Shown here one piece after another: positions 17,663 through 27,406 of a stretch of 46,244 bases of DNA. Numbering within the stretch: the stretch's first letter is position 1; every line of letters begins with the position of its first letter. The translations under genes were made by a program, and so were the position numbers. Under the pieces are notes generated by a model. It did not search any database and had not been told where the DNA came from. It saw only the letters and a list, made by a program, of their open reading frames with translations. Origin of the DNA: a bacterium (GTDB taxonomy: Bacteria > Verrucomicrobiota > Kiritimatiellia > RFP12 > CAIWXQ01). Where the stretch lies: NCBI GenBank assembly GCA_037144015.1, contig JBAWXQ010000002.1:1-46244 (forward strand). Direction: 5' to 3'.

Positions 17663-20392
17663 ATGACTGGCATACCCCGAACTGTTTCCTGTCCGTCAGT
17701 TGCTTCCACCACAATTACCTACGCCTGGGCCGGGCATCGGCACGAGTCCTGCGGCGGACGGGATGTCATTGGTCTGCGCGGTCTTTCCGAGATAGCCTTG
17801 TTGAAATTTGACCTTACCGCGATTGAGAGTATGCACCCGGTTGACGCAATTCTGCGCCTGCATCGTCCGGATGGCGCGCCCGGCGCGCTACCGGTTGTCG
17901 GCATCTCCACGATCCGAGCCGAATGGCATCCCGGCACCGCCAAGGATTACACACTCGATCCCGGTGCCTCCTCTTACGAATGGGCGCAAACCTGCGCCGA
18001 TTCCGCCGGGTGTGTACCATGGGCCGGCGCGGGAACAGCCATAACCGATGTCGCTTTCGGCAATGCGGGTTCCCGACGGACAGTCGTGGCTTTGCCGAAC
18101 CGGGGCGAACCGGACGAAAATGGCTGGTGGAGCATTCCGGTTCCAGGAAAACTTGTGGCACAGATGCAAACAGGGTTCGCCTGCGGGCTGGTGTTGATGG
18201 ATGAAAAAGGCCAGCGTGAGGTCAGAACAAGACCCCACTCGGTACATTCGGATTTTCCCCCTATGCTTGAAGTTGCGGCCGAGAAGCGCGGCGAGTCCTC
18301 CAAGCCGCCGCCCCTTGTAGCAGACTCACTCCGGCTCGCAGAAAACGGAGTTGTTCTGCTGGGTCAGCTGCAGAAGGCATTCGAACCGGCATTTGAGGTT
18401 TATGCTGAGTTCAATGATACTCCGCTGGAACTCTGGAGGTTGCCCTCTGTACCGGAGGAGTCTTCGTTCGGCCGAATCGATCTCTCCGGCATAACCGGAA
18501 AAGGCGGTGTACTGCGTGTTCAGTACGCAGCGATGGATGGCTCCAGGGGCGAACCGACATGGATCGCGGTACCCGCAAGCGTCACCGAACAGACGGAGTC
18601 TTTTGAGCCGCCTGAGGTTCCGTCGTACGAATTTCCTGCGCCGGATGTGGCGGTGGCGGTGCTTTTTCCGGGCGAGTCTCTTGACGAGGACGGCCTGAGT
18701 TTATCTGGCTCAAAGAGGCCGGCGATCTGGATCGACGGCCTGAGCCGGACGCTTTCTCTACAGGCCTTTCGCGGGGAGATACTGGATCTGAACATAGCAG
18801 GCCCGGGCGGAGCCGCGATCCATGTGCATGCACCCGGCTGGATTGAGACGACAATCGAAGCGGCGCGCTATGTCCTGCCGGGCCATGAAGGCGGGCGGCG
18901 TGTTCCCGATAGACTTGAGCCAGAAGGGCGCTTCGATCCAGGTGTCAAGGTAGGCCTTGTTGTTGTTGATCTGCTGATCCCGAAAACGGCCGTGCCCGGA
19001 AAGGCGCTTGTTGAAGTGCGAGTTGCCGGACGGGTTGTGCCGGTTGAGATCGAGGTGCTTGATGCAACGCTTGGCGATGCATTGGGTTTCGTTGTTGATC
19101 TGAACTCCTATGGACGCTTCGCAAGGTACTACGGGTTGAAAGTTGACGCCCCCGAGGAAGAGGAGATACAGCTGGCCTACCATCGTCTTGCGCACCGGCA
19201 TCGCTGCAACTTCAACGTACTCCCCTATACACAGATGGGCGATGTGTATCCGGACTGTGCCCCGGCGTTCAATGCCGAAGGGAGAATTGCAGACTGGCGC
19301 GGCTACGATGAGAGGAACGGTCCCCTTCTTGATGGCTCGGCTTTTGCCGGGTTGCCTCGTGCCGGAACGCCGGTGGCGATGTTTTATCTGCCGCTTTTCG
19401 AGGATTGGCCTGGCACCATGGAGCGTGATTACAGGGATCACGTTCCGATGGGCAATACAAAGGAAGAGTGGTTCGCGGCGCTGGCTGAGCACGCGATACG
19501 CGCGCGGCCGATCGCACAGGCATTTGCCCCGGGTTACGCAGGGCGGCTGGAGTGCGTCGCACGCGACTTTGCCGCGCATCTTCTTGAACGCGGCTGGACA
19601 AAGCCGGCCTACATCTCGTACTGGAACAACAAGCACCTTTACAAGGAACCCGCGCGAATCGAAGGACCCAACAAAATAACGCGGCAGACACGGGGCACGT
19701 CATGGTGGTGCCTGGACGAGCCGGTCACACGAGACGATTTTCTAGCGCTGAAATACTTTGGCGACCTCTGCCGGAAGGGTTTTGCCGCCGGCGGAGGCGG
19801 GCGCATGGATATACGCTATTGCATCGACATCTCCCGGCCGCAGTGGGATTTTGGTGAAATAGCCGGCACGCGCGACATGTTCCGCATCAGCTCCGAGTTT
19901 TTCCGGTTCAGGAAACTCGTCCGTCAGCGGCTTAGAGAGGGAACGTCGATCATCAATTACGGTGGCGCGCACTCACCTGCTGAGTTGCCGATGCACGAGA
20001 CACTATGGTGCTGGCGCGGGGCCTTGCTCGGCGCGGAGGGCGTGCTGCCTTGGTCGGCCACTCCCATGGAGGGTTTCAGCAACATGGACTGGCTGGAGGT
20101 CGCCGACCGCCTCTCGGTGCTGTGCCCGTCGGCGTACAAGCCCGGATCACCATGGGTCCTGCCAACGCTCCGGTTAAAGGCTTTCCGCCGCGGACAGCAG
20201 GACGCAGAGTTCCTGCTCGCGTGGAGCCGGAAGAACCCGAGGGCTTTCCCTGCCGTACTCGGCGTGTTGGCTCCGGATGGAGCGCCTGCCGGCCCGGAAG
20301 ATGCCGCCGTGCCGGTTCGCTTCAAGGATCCGTCGCCTCAAGTTATCGAAGCCTGCCGTTGCAAACTGCGTCGCAAGGCTGCCGGATGTTGA
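17663..20392 (+). CDS. GH123/DUF4091-like protein with N-terminal DNRLRE-like domain
   Basis: GGAGG RBS at 17651; LLKFDL, VDLNSYG, FYLPLFEDWP, WWCLDEP, IDISRPQW, LKAFRRGQQDAE; only plus-strand gene; no signal peptide. Confidence 0.75.
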   Translation: MTGIPRTVSCPSVASTTITYAWAGHRHESCGGRDVIGLRGLSEIALLKFDLTAIESMHPVDAILRLHRPDGAPGALPVVGISTIRAEWHPGTAKDYTLDPGASSYEWAQTCADSAGCVPWAGAGTAITDVAFGNAGSRRTVVALPNRGEPDENGWWSIPVPGKLVAQMQTGFACGLVLMDEKGQREVRTRPHSVHSDFPPMLEVAAEKRGESSKPPPLVADSLRLAENGVVLLGQLQKAFEPAFEVYAEFNDTPLELWRLPSVPEESSFGRIDLSGITGKGGVLRVQYAAMDGSRGEPTWIAVPASVTEQTESFEPPEVPSYEFPAPDVAVAVLFPGESLDEDGLSLSGSKRPAIWIDGLSRTLSLQAFRGEILDLNIAGPGGAAIHVHAPGWIETTIEAARYVLPGHEGGRRVPDRLEPEGRFDPGVKVGLVVVDLLIPKTAVPGKALVEVRVAGRVVPVEIEVLDATLGDALGFVVDLNSYGRFARYYGLKVDAPEEEEIQLAYHRLAHRHRCNFNVLPYTQMGDVYPDCAPAFNAEGRIADWRGYDERNGPLLDGSAFAGLPRAGTPVAMFYLPLFEDWPGTMERDYRDHVPMGNTKEEWFAALAEHAIRARPIAQAFAPGYAGRLECVARDFAAHLLERGWTKPAYISYWNNKHLYKEPARIEGPNKITRQTRGTSWWCLDEPVTRDDFLALKYFGDLCRKGFAAGGGGRMDIRYCIDISRPQWDFGEIAGTRDMFRISSEFFRFRKLVRQRLREGTSIINYGGAHSPAELPMHETLWCWRGALLGAEGVLPWSATPMEGFSNMDWLEVADRLSVLCPSAYKPGSPWVLPTLRLKAFRRGQQDAEFLLAWSRKNPRAFPAVLGVLAPDGAPAGPEDAAVPVRFKDPSPQVIEACRCKLRRKAAGC

Positions 20393-20410
20393 GCAGGTCC
20401 GAGCCACGGC

Positions 20411-20700
20411 TCAACGACCCGATCCCTGACAGCACATCACCGTTCCGTCCTGCAGGGAGATGAACACCTTGCCTTTGGCCACGGCAAGGCCGTCAAAGGC
20501 CGGGGCCGCCGGCAGTTCCAATCTGCTGAGCAGCGAACCGTCGCGCGCTGAGAGGGCAAAGAGATATCCGCCGGGCGAACCGGGCAGGCTGCAGGCCGCC
20601 AGAACCACCGCGCCGCCGGGCTGGATCCCGGAACCGGAGGTCCCTGCCGTCTCCACCGGCGTGTTCTTCTTCTGCCACGCCGCGCCGGCCGCCTCGTCAT
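20411..20700 (-). pseudogene. C-terminal remnant of a PQQ-binding-like beta-propeller protein
   Basis: ...GYLFALSARDGSLLSRLELPAAPAFDGLAVAKGKVFISLQDGTVMCC is the typical tail of large PVC PQQ-like propeller proteins; the N-terminal bulk is absent. Confidence 0.65.
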
Positions 20701-20933
20701 TCCCGCCGGGTACGTGCGCGCCGCCTCAACCACCCGCATCAGGTAGTCGCGATCCATCGGCGTCGGATGGTGCGGGGACAACGCGCGGAACGTGAAGGGC
20801 AAAACAGCGTGCATAGTTGGGTCGGTCTTTCCCGGGGCAAGTGCGCTGGGGACCGGGGGCATCCCGAACTGCCCCCAGTCGGTGACCACTGCGAAGCTTC
20901 ACCATCGGCATGGCGCACACGGCCCACCCCGGG

Positions 20934-23108
20934 TTACTCCCTGTCCCGAATTACAAATCGTGTCTGTTTCAGTGCGCGTCCCCAGGCCCGCCCTGCGATA
21001 GCCATACCCGTGCCATTCCAATGCACGCCGTCGTCCGCAATAAACTGCTTCCGGTCGCCGGCGGCCTGAATGCTTTCAAAAATATGCGCCACCGGCACCT
21101 GAATCTTACGGCCAAGCTCCATAACCGCGCGGTTGTAGTCGGCTTCCGGCGTGGATGCCGGGTCCGCAAAGCCGCGCGGCGGAATCGTTCCCAGCAGCGC
21201 GACCGTGCCGTTCTCATCGCACATCTTGACGATGGCCGCAAGGTCCTCCATGGCCGCAGCATTATCGGCGGGCGACTTTCCGTTGTTGGTCCCGAAAAGC
21301 AGGCAGAGATACTCGGGATTTTCCTCCTTCAGAATCCTGGCGATGTTATCCTTGCCGAACCCCGTGCGCATGGATGGATAGCCGAAGGCCTTCACGCTGA
21401 GGTTGAGGAACGCCGCCTGGACTGCCGGACGATACGAGGTTGCATAGGTGAGTGAGTCGCCAAACAACACCACACGCCCCTTGCGCACTTTGCCGAGACC
21501 CGAGGAATGCACCGCACGGACATGGGCGGCATATCCCGGGCGATCAGTCTCTTCAACCGCAGCAGCAACAACAGCGGCCGCTGCGGCTTTCACCGTCACG
21601 GGCTCGCTCCACGGCCCGATGTTCTCCTCAAAATCCACGGCCAGCACGCGGTACCGGCACTTGCCAGCCGGCGCGCCGCGATCCAGAAAGGCCGTGCCAC
21701 AAGTCTCCCCGACCTTTACAAACGCGCCTCCAGCATCCGCCCTGGCAATCGCGTACACCATGGGCATAACATTGTCCGGCGCCGCGGTCCACGTCAGTTG
21801 AACGCCGTCCGCCACCGGCAAAGCCTTCAGACTTCCAACCGCACCCGGCGGCGTCGCATCCACGCCGCGATAGAGCACAACGTTGTCGATCATGAAACCG
21901 GCGCCCGCCGCGATACGGTCAGGACCAAAGAAACGGATGCCCCCGTAAGCCGTCTTGCCACCAACCACGCTTTCGTGTCCCTGCGAGTTATAGCGGAACT
22001 GATCAAGGTAATACAGTACCGGAACCCACTCTCCCTCGCTCAAGTCACGGTACGCATGGGAGGTGGTGTTGTCCTTCGATATCTTGTCCGAGACGTTGAT
22101 CATGACGACGGGAATCCCACGAGTTTTCATATGGAAAGCAAGCCGCAGACCGGCAGAACCGGCGACATTCAGAGGAAGTTGCGCACCCGCGAAATCGCCC
22201 TTGCAGATCACCTGCAGCGCCCGGCCGTCGACCCCGCCTTCCGCCAGCGCCACCGTGGCGCCGCCATCGCCAGCCCATCCTTCGACCGCGTTGGAGAACG
22301 ACTGCTTGCGGTAGATCGTCACGCCGCCGGCATCCACACCCGTCTCGGCGGTTGCCGGCGGAGGCGCAGGCTTCTCGCGCATCCGTGTGACCCCATCCTC
22401 CCGCCGCGGAACCGCCACCCCGGTCACCAGGCCGAACTCATCCGGGCTGTCGAATTTCGTCGAGTTCATGATGGCCCATGAATACTCCAGCAGCGGCGCG
22501 GCGCCGCGCGGCTGGCGCGAACGATAGAGGTTCATCGTCCAGGTCTGCCCCTCCCCCACGTAGGCGTCGAGTTCCTTCAGGGGCACGCGGAAGGTGGCGG
22601 TCCATGACTTGCCCTTGTCCACGGAACAGCGCACCTCGGCGGTGCTGTCCCAGGTCAGCTCTGAATCTCGATAGTCGGCCAGCGTGCCGAGTGAATTGAC
22701 GGAGAAATGCCGGTATGGCATCTCGGGGTCAGCTCGCAGGAAAAACTCAAACGAATCATCCTGCCACACGTCTCCATCGCGCGCGGTTGCCTTCATCACC
22801 ATGCCGTCGGTGTCCGGTTCATCGCCATGTACCCCGATATAGACATGCGTGCCATCGAAGAGCAGCCGAGCCCAGGTCTTGTGGGCCACCGGTTCGCCGG
22901 AGGTGCAGCCCCCCATCGAAAGCAGCGCGCCTTTGGACCAGATAGGATCGGCCATGGTCCCATCCAGCGCCGGCCCCTTTTCCACCATCACCGCCGCGGC
23001 CCGACCACGCGCCACAACCTCATCCGCCACCGCCGGCAAGTCCAGACCAAGTCCAACAAAAAACAGCATCGCTAACGTCACGACTCTCGATCTTTCCCGT
23101 TTCATCAT
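20934..23108 (-). CDS. Secreted CBM9-like + FN3 + SGNH/GDSL hydrolase
   Basis: AGGAG RBS before MMKRER; signal peptide; CBM9-like PALDG...DGDVWQDDSFEFFL; SGNH blocks FGDSLT, FGTNN, DGVH. Confidence 0.85.
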   Translation of the reverse strand: MMKRERSRVVTLAMLFFVGLGLDLPAVADEVVARGRAAAVMVEKGPALDGTMADPIWSKGALLSMGGCTSGEPVAHKTWARLLFDGTHVYIGVHGDEPDTDGMVMKATARDGDVWQDDSFEFFLRADPEMPYRHFSVNSLGTLADYRDSELTWDSTAEVRCSVDKGKSWTATFRVPLKELDAYVGEGQTWTMNLYRSRQPRGAAPLLEYSWAIMNSTKFDSPDEFGLVTGVAVPRREDGVTRMREKPAPPPATAETGVDAGGVTIYRKQSFSNAVEGWAGDGGATVALAEGGVDGRALQVICKGDFAGAQLPLNVAGSAGLRLAFHMKTRGIPVVMINVSDKISKDNTTSHAYRDLSEGEWVPVLYYLDQFRYNSQGHESVVGGKTAYGGIRFFGPDRIAAGAGFMIDNVVLYRGVDATPPGAVGSLKALPVADGVQLTWTAAPDNVMPMVYAIARADAGGAFVKVGETCGTAFLDRGAPAGKCRYRVLAVDFEENIGPWSEPVTVKAAAAAVVAAAVEETDRPGYAAHVRAVHSSGLGKVRKGRVVLFGDSLTYATSYRPAVQAAFLNLSVKAFGYPSMRTGFGKDNIARILKEENPEYLCLLFGTNNGKSPADNAAAMEDLAAIVKMCDENGTVALLGTIPPRGFADPASTPEADYNRAVMELGRKIQVPVAHIFESIQAAGDRKQFIADDGVHWNGTGMAIAGRAWGRALKQTRFVIRDRE

Positions 23109-23199
23109 CGCAATTCTCCTGACTCTTGAGCCTCTTTTGAAGGTGCGATTTGGTCCAAGTCCTGCCGCCATCGGCAGAATCCATCTGTATCATGCTGAA

Positions 23200-24117
23200 C
23201 TACTTAGCCAAGTCAATAACCTTGGTCTTGACCTCGGTCAGTTTCTGAACGGCAGCCCAGCAGCGCAGGAGATAGCCGCACTGGGCGAGGTTTTCGGGCG
23301 TGGCAGGCCCCCCGGCCTGTTCGCCGGTGAAGTGAATGCCGTCGCCGCTGATCAGCTTGGTCTTCCAGTTGTTGGGGGCGCGCGTCACGAATTCGCCGTA
23401 GAGATCAACCATCGGGATCTTCTTCGCGCGGGCCAGGGTCACAAAGGCCTCGTTGTACTTGCGGATGAATTCGTTGCGGGCATCATTCGCGCCCGGCGGC
23501 ACCAGTTGCAGGACCGGGACCGTACCGTTGGCCAAAATCGTGTCCACAATCGTCGCCATGTCCTTGGCCACAGCCTCCACCGGCCGACTGGCCGTGGCAT
23601 CGTTGGCGCCAAGCAGAACAAATGCAACCTGGGGTTTGAATTTTTCAAGAATGGCCTTGAGCGGAGGCATACCGCGCTTGCCACCAGCAATATACTCGTC
23701 CGTCCGGATGCCGCTGGCCGCCGTCTCGGAACGCCCGCCAGCCGGGTGATCCATCCGCGCCAGATACCAGCCGTCCGTGTTGTCGCGCTTGCCCGCATGC
23801 GACCAGACCAACGTAGCCTTGTCCTCGGCCGTCCCGTCCGGGGCGCCGGAGAAGGCCCATTTCGTGGATTGGTTGGCATAGCTCAACGAATCGCCCAACT
23901 GCAGCACCACGCCCTCCACGTTCTTGCCCTTGCCCTGCTTGACCACCTTGGCCATGGGGCCTGCCCAGTCCCAGTCTTCTTTGATCACGGCGGTCTTGGG
24001 GTTGCCCTGCGCCTGAGCCGTGGCAGGGGCCAGCATCGGCAGCGCGCAGGATAGAACTGCCAATGACGCGAGGAGGTGGTTTCGACGCAGGGTTCCGTGA
24101 CGAATCGGTGTATTCAT
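23200..24117 (-). CDS. Secreted SGNH/GDSL hydrolase
   Basis: Signal peptide; LGDSLS, LGAND, DGIH blocks. Confidence 0.88.
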   Translation of the reverse strand: MNTPIRHGTLRRNHLLASLAVLSCALPMLAPATAQAQGNPKTAVIKEDWDWAGPMAKVVKQGKGKNVEGVVLQLGDSLSYANQSTKWAFSGAPDGTAEDKATLVWSHAGKRDNTDGWYLARMDHPAGGRSETAASGIRTDEYIAGGKRGMPPLKAILEKFKPQVAFVLLGANDATASRPVEAVAKDMATIVDTILANGTVPVLQLVPPGANDARNEFIRKYNEAFVTLARAKKIPMVDLYGEFVTRAPNNWKTKLISGDGIHFTGEQAGGPATPENLAQCGYLLRCWAAVQKLTEVKTKVIDLAK

Positions 24118-24135
24118 GGCGTTGTTTCCTTTTTT

Positions 24136-24183
24136 GCGAGATTGTGACGAAAGATTATGACGAAAGATTAGGGTGAAAGGTTA
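24136..24183. repeat. Left arm of repeat-built inverted repeat (GACGAAAGATTA units)
   Basis: TGACGAAAGATTA TGACGAAAGATTA GGGTGAAAGGTTA; inverse of 24600-24638. Confidence 0.75.
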
Positions 24184-24257
24184 AACTTGCTGTGGTCAGA
24201 TCGCTCCAGCGCAGGCGCGCTGCAAAGCGTCGCCTGCCGCTGTCCGGCCTGTTATTT
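24180..24257 (-). other. Degenerate attC-like site
   Basis: Minus strand: AAATAAC overlapping the stop codon ... central hairpin (24207-24242, with bulged bases) ... GTTTAAC; 78 bp. Confidence 0.4.
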
Positions 24258-24569
24258 GACTGAAGAGTCGAGGATCTCGCCCGCCTGGCTGAACGTGATC
24301 TGCCTGCCTTTGGGCTGACCGAGGTTGAAGTTGTACACCCAATGCAGGTTCCCGTTGCTGTACCAGTTGACATACGGCCCGTGCAGTTGGCCATTGGCAT
24401 AGGTCTTGATCTCGATCAGTTGGCCGTTCGAGTTCTTCACCTGCCAAACGCCTGTGTAGTCCTTAGGAGGTTCCAGTGTGGTGGCTGTTTGGACTGTCGC
24501 CCTGCATCCGGCCAGAAACACCACAGCGGCACACAACATGATCGCAACCACATGAACTGATCTTCTCAT
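24252..24569 (-). CDS. Small lipoprotein with MORN-variant repeat (YwqK-antitoxin-like)
   Basis: Lipobox LAGC; YANGQLHGPYVNWYSNG...FNLGQPKG; GAGGAG RBS; visibly lower GC than neighbours. Confidence 0.8.
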   Translation of the reverse strand: MRRSVHVVAIMLCAAVVFLAGCRATVQTATTLEPPKDYTGVWQVKNSNGQLIEIKTYANGQLHGPYVNWYSNGNLHWVYNFNLGQPKGRQITFSQAGEILDSSVK

Positions 24570-24599
24570 CTCCTCACCATTCCTTTCTTTTGCCGAACC

Positions 24600-24638
24600 T
24601 AATCTTACCCCTAATCTTTCGCTGTAATCTGTCGAATC
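24600..24638. repeat. Right arm of repeat-built inverted repeat (TAATCTTTCG units)
   Basis: TAATCTTACCCCTAATCTTTCGCTGTAATCTGTCGAATC; its reverse complement aligns to 24148-24183. Confidence 0.75.
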
Positions 24639-24649
24639 CTACCTTTTCC

Positions 24650-27406
24650 TCATTCCACTCTCAACGTTCCAAACTTCACCGGCTGGTGGCTGCTGCCCTC
24701 GGTCAGCGACCACTGCGAACTTTCACCGTCGGCATTGCGTACACGGCCGGCGTTAAAGCCAATCTCGGCACCCGGCTTGGGTTGCCCCATCAGGCCCAGC
24801 GTGGCCCATGGAATGCGGACCTCTACGGCCCACCCCTCTGGCGTGCGCTTGGCAGCGGCAGTCCAGTCCCCATTCCACGCCTTGTCGCCGTTGCGGCCGT
24901 CGTAGAGCATGCCGCCGGCAGAAACCGCGAAGTGGCGCTCCTCGCCGCTGCCCTTGACCGGCTCCACAAAAAACTCGATGCAGTCATCCTGCCAGACCTG
25001 ATCCGCGTCACGAGCATCTGCTTTGGCCACGATCGACTCCGGCTTCGGTTCCGGGCAGATGGCTGACAAGAACAGCGCATCCGGCCCCGCCAACGCAAGA
25101 ACCCGGGTGGCAACCTCCGATGCTCCGCTGCCGTTCTCCTTTTGAAACCCTGCGATCACGCCAGCCATCTTCCACGCCGCCTCGTCCGGCGCGCCGTTCG
25201 GTGTTCCGATTGCGGCACTCCGCGGCAGGGCTGCTTTCGGCCGCGCCGGGAGCGCCACCGTCAGTTTCGGCAGCAACGTCTCCGGCTGCATCATCGCCTG
25301 CGCTTCGATGCGTGAGATGACGGTCTTACCATCCGGAGCCACCACCACGATCGCGGGTACGCCCTCGACCCCGAACTCTGCCACTTTCTTTGGATACCGC
25401 TCCGCATCCACCTTCACCACCAGCATCTCGCCCAGAGCCTTGACCACGCGATCGTCCTTGAACGTGGTGGCCTCAACTTTCTTGCAGATGCCGCAGGTCT
25501 GCATGTAGAAGCGCATGACCAGCGGACGTTTCGTCAGCGCGGCCTGCTGCAGCGCCTGCTCAAGATCTTCGCCGGGCCGCGGGGCATAGGTCGGCGCCGG
25601 AGCCGCGCCGCGATAGGCAATCACCAGGGCCGGACGGAACGGGTAGTCGCCCTGCTCGCTGGACGCAATAGAACCACCGCCCATACCGCGCATCTGAAGC
25701 AAGATGCCGTAATTCGGCCGCGTCCCGGCTTGCCAGGCCTTGACCAGATCGGTCAGGACCAGGTCTACGAACCGAACGAGTTCGTTTCTGGCTTTGTCAG
25801 GGTAGCCGCGCATGGCTGTCGTGCTGCCGGCCGGTTTTGCATCCCGGTCAATCCCTTCACCCGCCGCGCCCTCCTGTGCCCACTTCTCAGAACGGAGTTT
25901 TCCACGGAAACGCGGACCGAACCAGCAGGCATAGCCATCCGGATTGTCCTGACACTCGTTCCAGGGCCGGCATAGGGCGTACGCCTCGAGGGTGTCGTTG
26001 GTTCCATAGGGTGCCCCCCCTTCGCCGCCACCGATCAGCGTCAGACGCAACCGCGCTCCGAGGATCGCAGTCTCCTTCGGCACGCCGGACAGGTCGAAGC
26101 GCAGGAGCGACCGGTTATCCGCGTAGTTCCACGGGCGGACACCGACGTAGAGCGCCGCATCCGTGCCGGTGTTGGCGTGACGCGCATCCCAGTCGCGGTT
26201 GTTCGGCAGCAACGTCGTGTCGGTCGCGGCGGCCGGAATCACGCGCTCCCCGTCGCGCAGCGTCGCGCGCTCGGCGGCGGTGTCAGCCCGGCGCAGGGTT
26301 GCGAATGTGGCATCAGGGAACTGCTGTTGCAAGGCCGAAAAGGCGGGATCGGCTACCGGGTTCGTCTCGAACGGATTCTCCACGGTCACCGGCCACACAA
26401 AATCCGCGCAACCGCCGAGTTCAGGCACCCGCAGCATGCGCACCACCACCTCGTGCGCGCCCGAAGGCACGCGGGAGGGCAGGATCATCTGCGGTGCAAA
26501 CCCGCCCGCACAGGGGCAGGAGTCACCGAACGGGATGATCTCCCGGAGTTGCCGCGTCGCGGGATCAAGGACGCGCAGCAGGACGATGGGGTATCCGGCC
26601 TTGCCCCAGCGGTTGTCCCGCACGGCCGCGGCCAGGGACGGGAACTTCGACCCGTAAAAGCGCAACTGCGCCCCCTCGGGCGTTCCGTGCAGCGCAAGCC
26701 ACACCGACGCGGCGACATTTTCGCCGGCCTTCCAGGTCCCGAGCGCTTCGCCCGCATGCTTGCCGTTCACGGTTGGGATCGGCTCGCCGCCGAACTTGTA
26801 CACCGGAGCGGTCGCAAGCGAACTGCCCCACAGGAGCTTGAGTTCACCAGGCAGGAGCCCGACATCGTAACTCAGCGCGGGTGAGGACATTCTGAAGGCG
26901 GAGTCGTACTCGATCACATCGGGTTTGTACACACCGGCAAAGCGGAAGGAGTAGACATGGTCGGAGCCGATCTCCTTGACGTTTTCCACCAGATAGCGTT
27001 CGTGCCGATCCTTTTCCTCCGTCCGCTTGGCCGGCTCGTTGCTCCAGAAGAAGCGCTCGCCCTCCTCGCCCAGAACGCCATTCAGGTTGGTGTCGGCGTA
27101 GAGTGTGTCATAGCCCTTGCCTGTGCCCTCCGACTCGTCCCACGCCAGGGTCATCACGGAACTCCGGCCGTTACCCAGGACAAAGATGCAGTAACGCACG
27201 TTGGCGGAGACATAGGCGGGTTCCTTCGGGCGTTTGCGCGGAACCCATGCCAGATCCGGCGGAATGAATGACGTCACGCGCGGGTACTCGGTCGGCGCGG
27301 CAGGGGCCAGCATCGGCATCAGGCAGGCTAGGGCTGTCAATGACAGGACGAATCGGTTTCGTCGGGGGGATTGATGCGTTTTGTTGTGCCGAATGGGCAT
27401 ATTCAC
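24650..27406 (-). CDS. Secreted multidomain protein: DNRLRE + thioredoxin-like (CGIC) + CBM9-like
   Basis: GTG start after AAGGA; signal peptide; RSLLRFDLSGVP (DNRLRE); FYMQTCGICKK...GVEGVPAI (Trx); DQVWQDDCIEFFV...GWAVEVRIPW (CBM9-like). Confidence 0.8.
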   Translation of the reverse strand: MNMPIRHNKTHQSPRRNRFVLSLTALACLMPMLAPAAPTEYPRVTSFIPPDLAWVPRKRPKEPAYVSANVRYCIFVLGNGRSSVMTLAWDESEGTGKGYDTLYADTNLNGVLGEEGERFFWSNEPAKRTEEKDRHERYLVENVKEIGSDHVYSFRFAGVYKPDVIEYDSAFRMSSPALSYDVGLLPGELKLLWGSSLATAPVYKFGGEPIPTVNGKHAGEALGTWKAGENVAASVWLALHGTPEGAQLRFYGSKFPSLAAAVRDNRWGKAGYPIVLLRVLDPATRQLREIIPFGDSCPCAGGFAPQMILPSRVPSGAHEVVVRMLRVPELGGCADFVWPVTVENPFETNPVADPAFSALQQQFPDATFATLRRADTAAERATLRDGERVIPAAATDTTLLPNNRDWDARHANTGTDAALYVGVRPWNYADNRSLLRFDLSGVPKETAILGARLRLTLIGGGEGGAPYGTNDTLEAYALCRPWNECQDNPDGYACWFGPRFRGKLRSEKWAQEGAAGEGIDRDAKPAGSTTAMRGYPDKARNELVRFVDLVLTDLVKAWQAGTRPNYGILLQMRGMGGGSIASSEQGDYPFRPALVIAYRGAAPAPTYAPRPGEDLEQALQQAALTKRPLVMRFYMQTCGICKKVEATTFKDDRVVKALGEMLVVKVDAERYPKKVAEFGVEGVPAIVVVAPDGKTVISRIEAQAMMQPETLLPKLTVALPARPKAALPRSAAIGTPNGAPDEAAWKMAGVIAGFQKENGSGASEVATRVLALAGPDALFLSAICPEPKPESIVAKADARDADQVWQDDCIEFFVEPVKGSGEERHFAVSAGGMLYDGRNGDKAWNGDWTAAAKRTPEGWAVEVRIPWATLGLMGQPKPGAEIGFNAGRVRNADGESSQWSLTEGSSHQPVKFGTLRVE

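Noticed and set aside
24252-24569. Complete toxin-antitoxin module
   Set aside because: No adjacent toxin gene; the MORN-variant repeat alone does not establish antitoxin function.
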